Assembly: GCA_963674595.2 (NCBI GenBank)
Contig: CAXXFV010000005.1
Location: forward strand, 10,500 to 74,499
From: a bacterium
GTDB taxonomy: Bacteria > Zhuqueibacterota > Zhuqueibacteria > Residuimicrobiales > Krinioviventaceae
DNA: 64,000 nt
Direction: 5' to 3'
The position numbers and the translations under genes are program-made. The notes under the pieces are model-generated. The model was not told the DNA's origin, searched no databases, and saw nothing but the letters and a program-made list of their open reading frames with translations. Shown here one piece after another: positions 63,201 to 64,000 of the stretch. Each line of letters opens with the position of its first letter. The stretch's first letter is position 1.

Positions 63201-64000
63201 TTACGATGTTTGTTGATCTCGATCCCGCAAAGTACTATACGCCGAAGTTATGGCAAACATTACTTGCCTACATTGATTTATTCGAAAGAGAACCTGAAGA
63301 TCATCAGACCAGTAAATTAGACAACAAACAAAGAATAGCAATCGGAGGATTAGATTTGTACATAGATTTAGTTGAAAAAGCCTATGTCGCAGGAATTGAT
63401 ACCGGTGTCGATGAACGGGTAATTAATGAATTTACCGAGTGTCTTGGCCGGGCTACTCCGTTAGCAGAGAAGGCTTTGTTTGTATTGCAACGACTGCAAC
63501 CGATTATTATTGATACGATGGGTGATGACGTATCCGAAGAATTGATGAGTGTAATGCGCAGTGTCCCTGCCGGCACACATGAAAATGCTGAGCCTGTGAT
63601 GACATTTCCCTCGGAAGCATTTCAGCCAAATATGTGGCACAAAAGATGTGGCATTCAAGATGTAAAAGATCTCACCCCTCAGAATGCACGTAAGGTTGTG
63701 CGATATATGATTGAGCATGCAAAGTATAATATTGAACCTGAAGGTATCTTAAATACGATAAAGCCTTTTGAGGCATACACCGGCACGGATGTGTTTACCG
63801 AAGATTTTGCTGATTGGATGCTTAAGGGTGGTTTGGGAGCATGGGCTTTAAAAAAGCGATATACAGTGAGCCCAGAGAAAGAAAGTGATGTGCGCACACT
63901 TACCATGAACACGCTAAAAATTCTTATGGGCTGGAAGCCCACAAAGTTTGTAACACAAAAATACTTAGACATATTATGGGAAAGCACCAATCCCTATATG
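57271..64000 (+). CDS. Giant secreted protein (>2200 aa, runs off the window): N-terminal DAH...EG...RD...GGYH domain plus HEAT-like repeat modules; one frameshift near 59775-59800
   Basis: Signal peptide, with frame +1 ORF to 59862. Frame +2 begins at 59774; every part I translated was open, and the ORF track reports no closed ORF there. Confidence 0.8.

Noticed and set aside
60310-63990. Small ORFs listed in the track across 60-64 kb
   Set aside because: They are shadows of the long frame +2 coding sequence.

Overview
This is AT-rich bacterial DNA in six blocks. (1) 1-13.5 kb: the distal part of a Wzy-dependent surface polysaccharide locus, with fnlABC/wbuB-type L-FucNAc genes, pglC/D/E/F-type initiating-sugar genes and a Wzi-like protein, followed by an IS21-type miniature element and a B12 radical SAM gene. 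(2) 16.3-22.4 kb: an intact phage early/recombination module (XRE repressor, Mgm101/Rad52-type annealase, SSB, two tandem RuvC-fold genes) with no integrase, replication initiator or virion genes. (3) 22.8-32.2 kb: an accessory patchwork of RhuM-Fic, tusA-yeeE-yeeE-kinase and an orphan GAF kinase, interleaved with several dispersed repeat families and IS3/IS21 remnants. (4) 32.2-36.2 kb: a ~4 kb non-coding tandem array of ~32 units of ~106-142 bp. Each unit has a constant ~60-bp core plus one of two alternative variable modules, and a short sister array at 29.3 kb shares the same flank. This is the least explained feature of the window. (5) 36.3-53.6 kb: a secreted beta-helix protein, a Phd-RelE TA pair, an ABC-sugar/lyase/glycosidase catabolic operon and padR. 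(6) ~53.7-64 kb: sequence of different character, probably another contig or genome with homopolymer indels. It encodes two giant HEAT-like repeat proteins, the second preceded by a c-di-GMP-I riboswitch with an overlapping terminator. All family assignments are by eye from motifs; no database searches were run.
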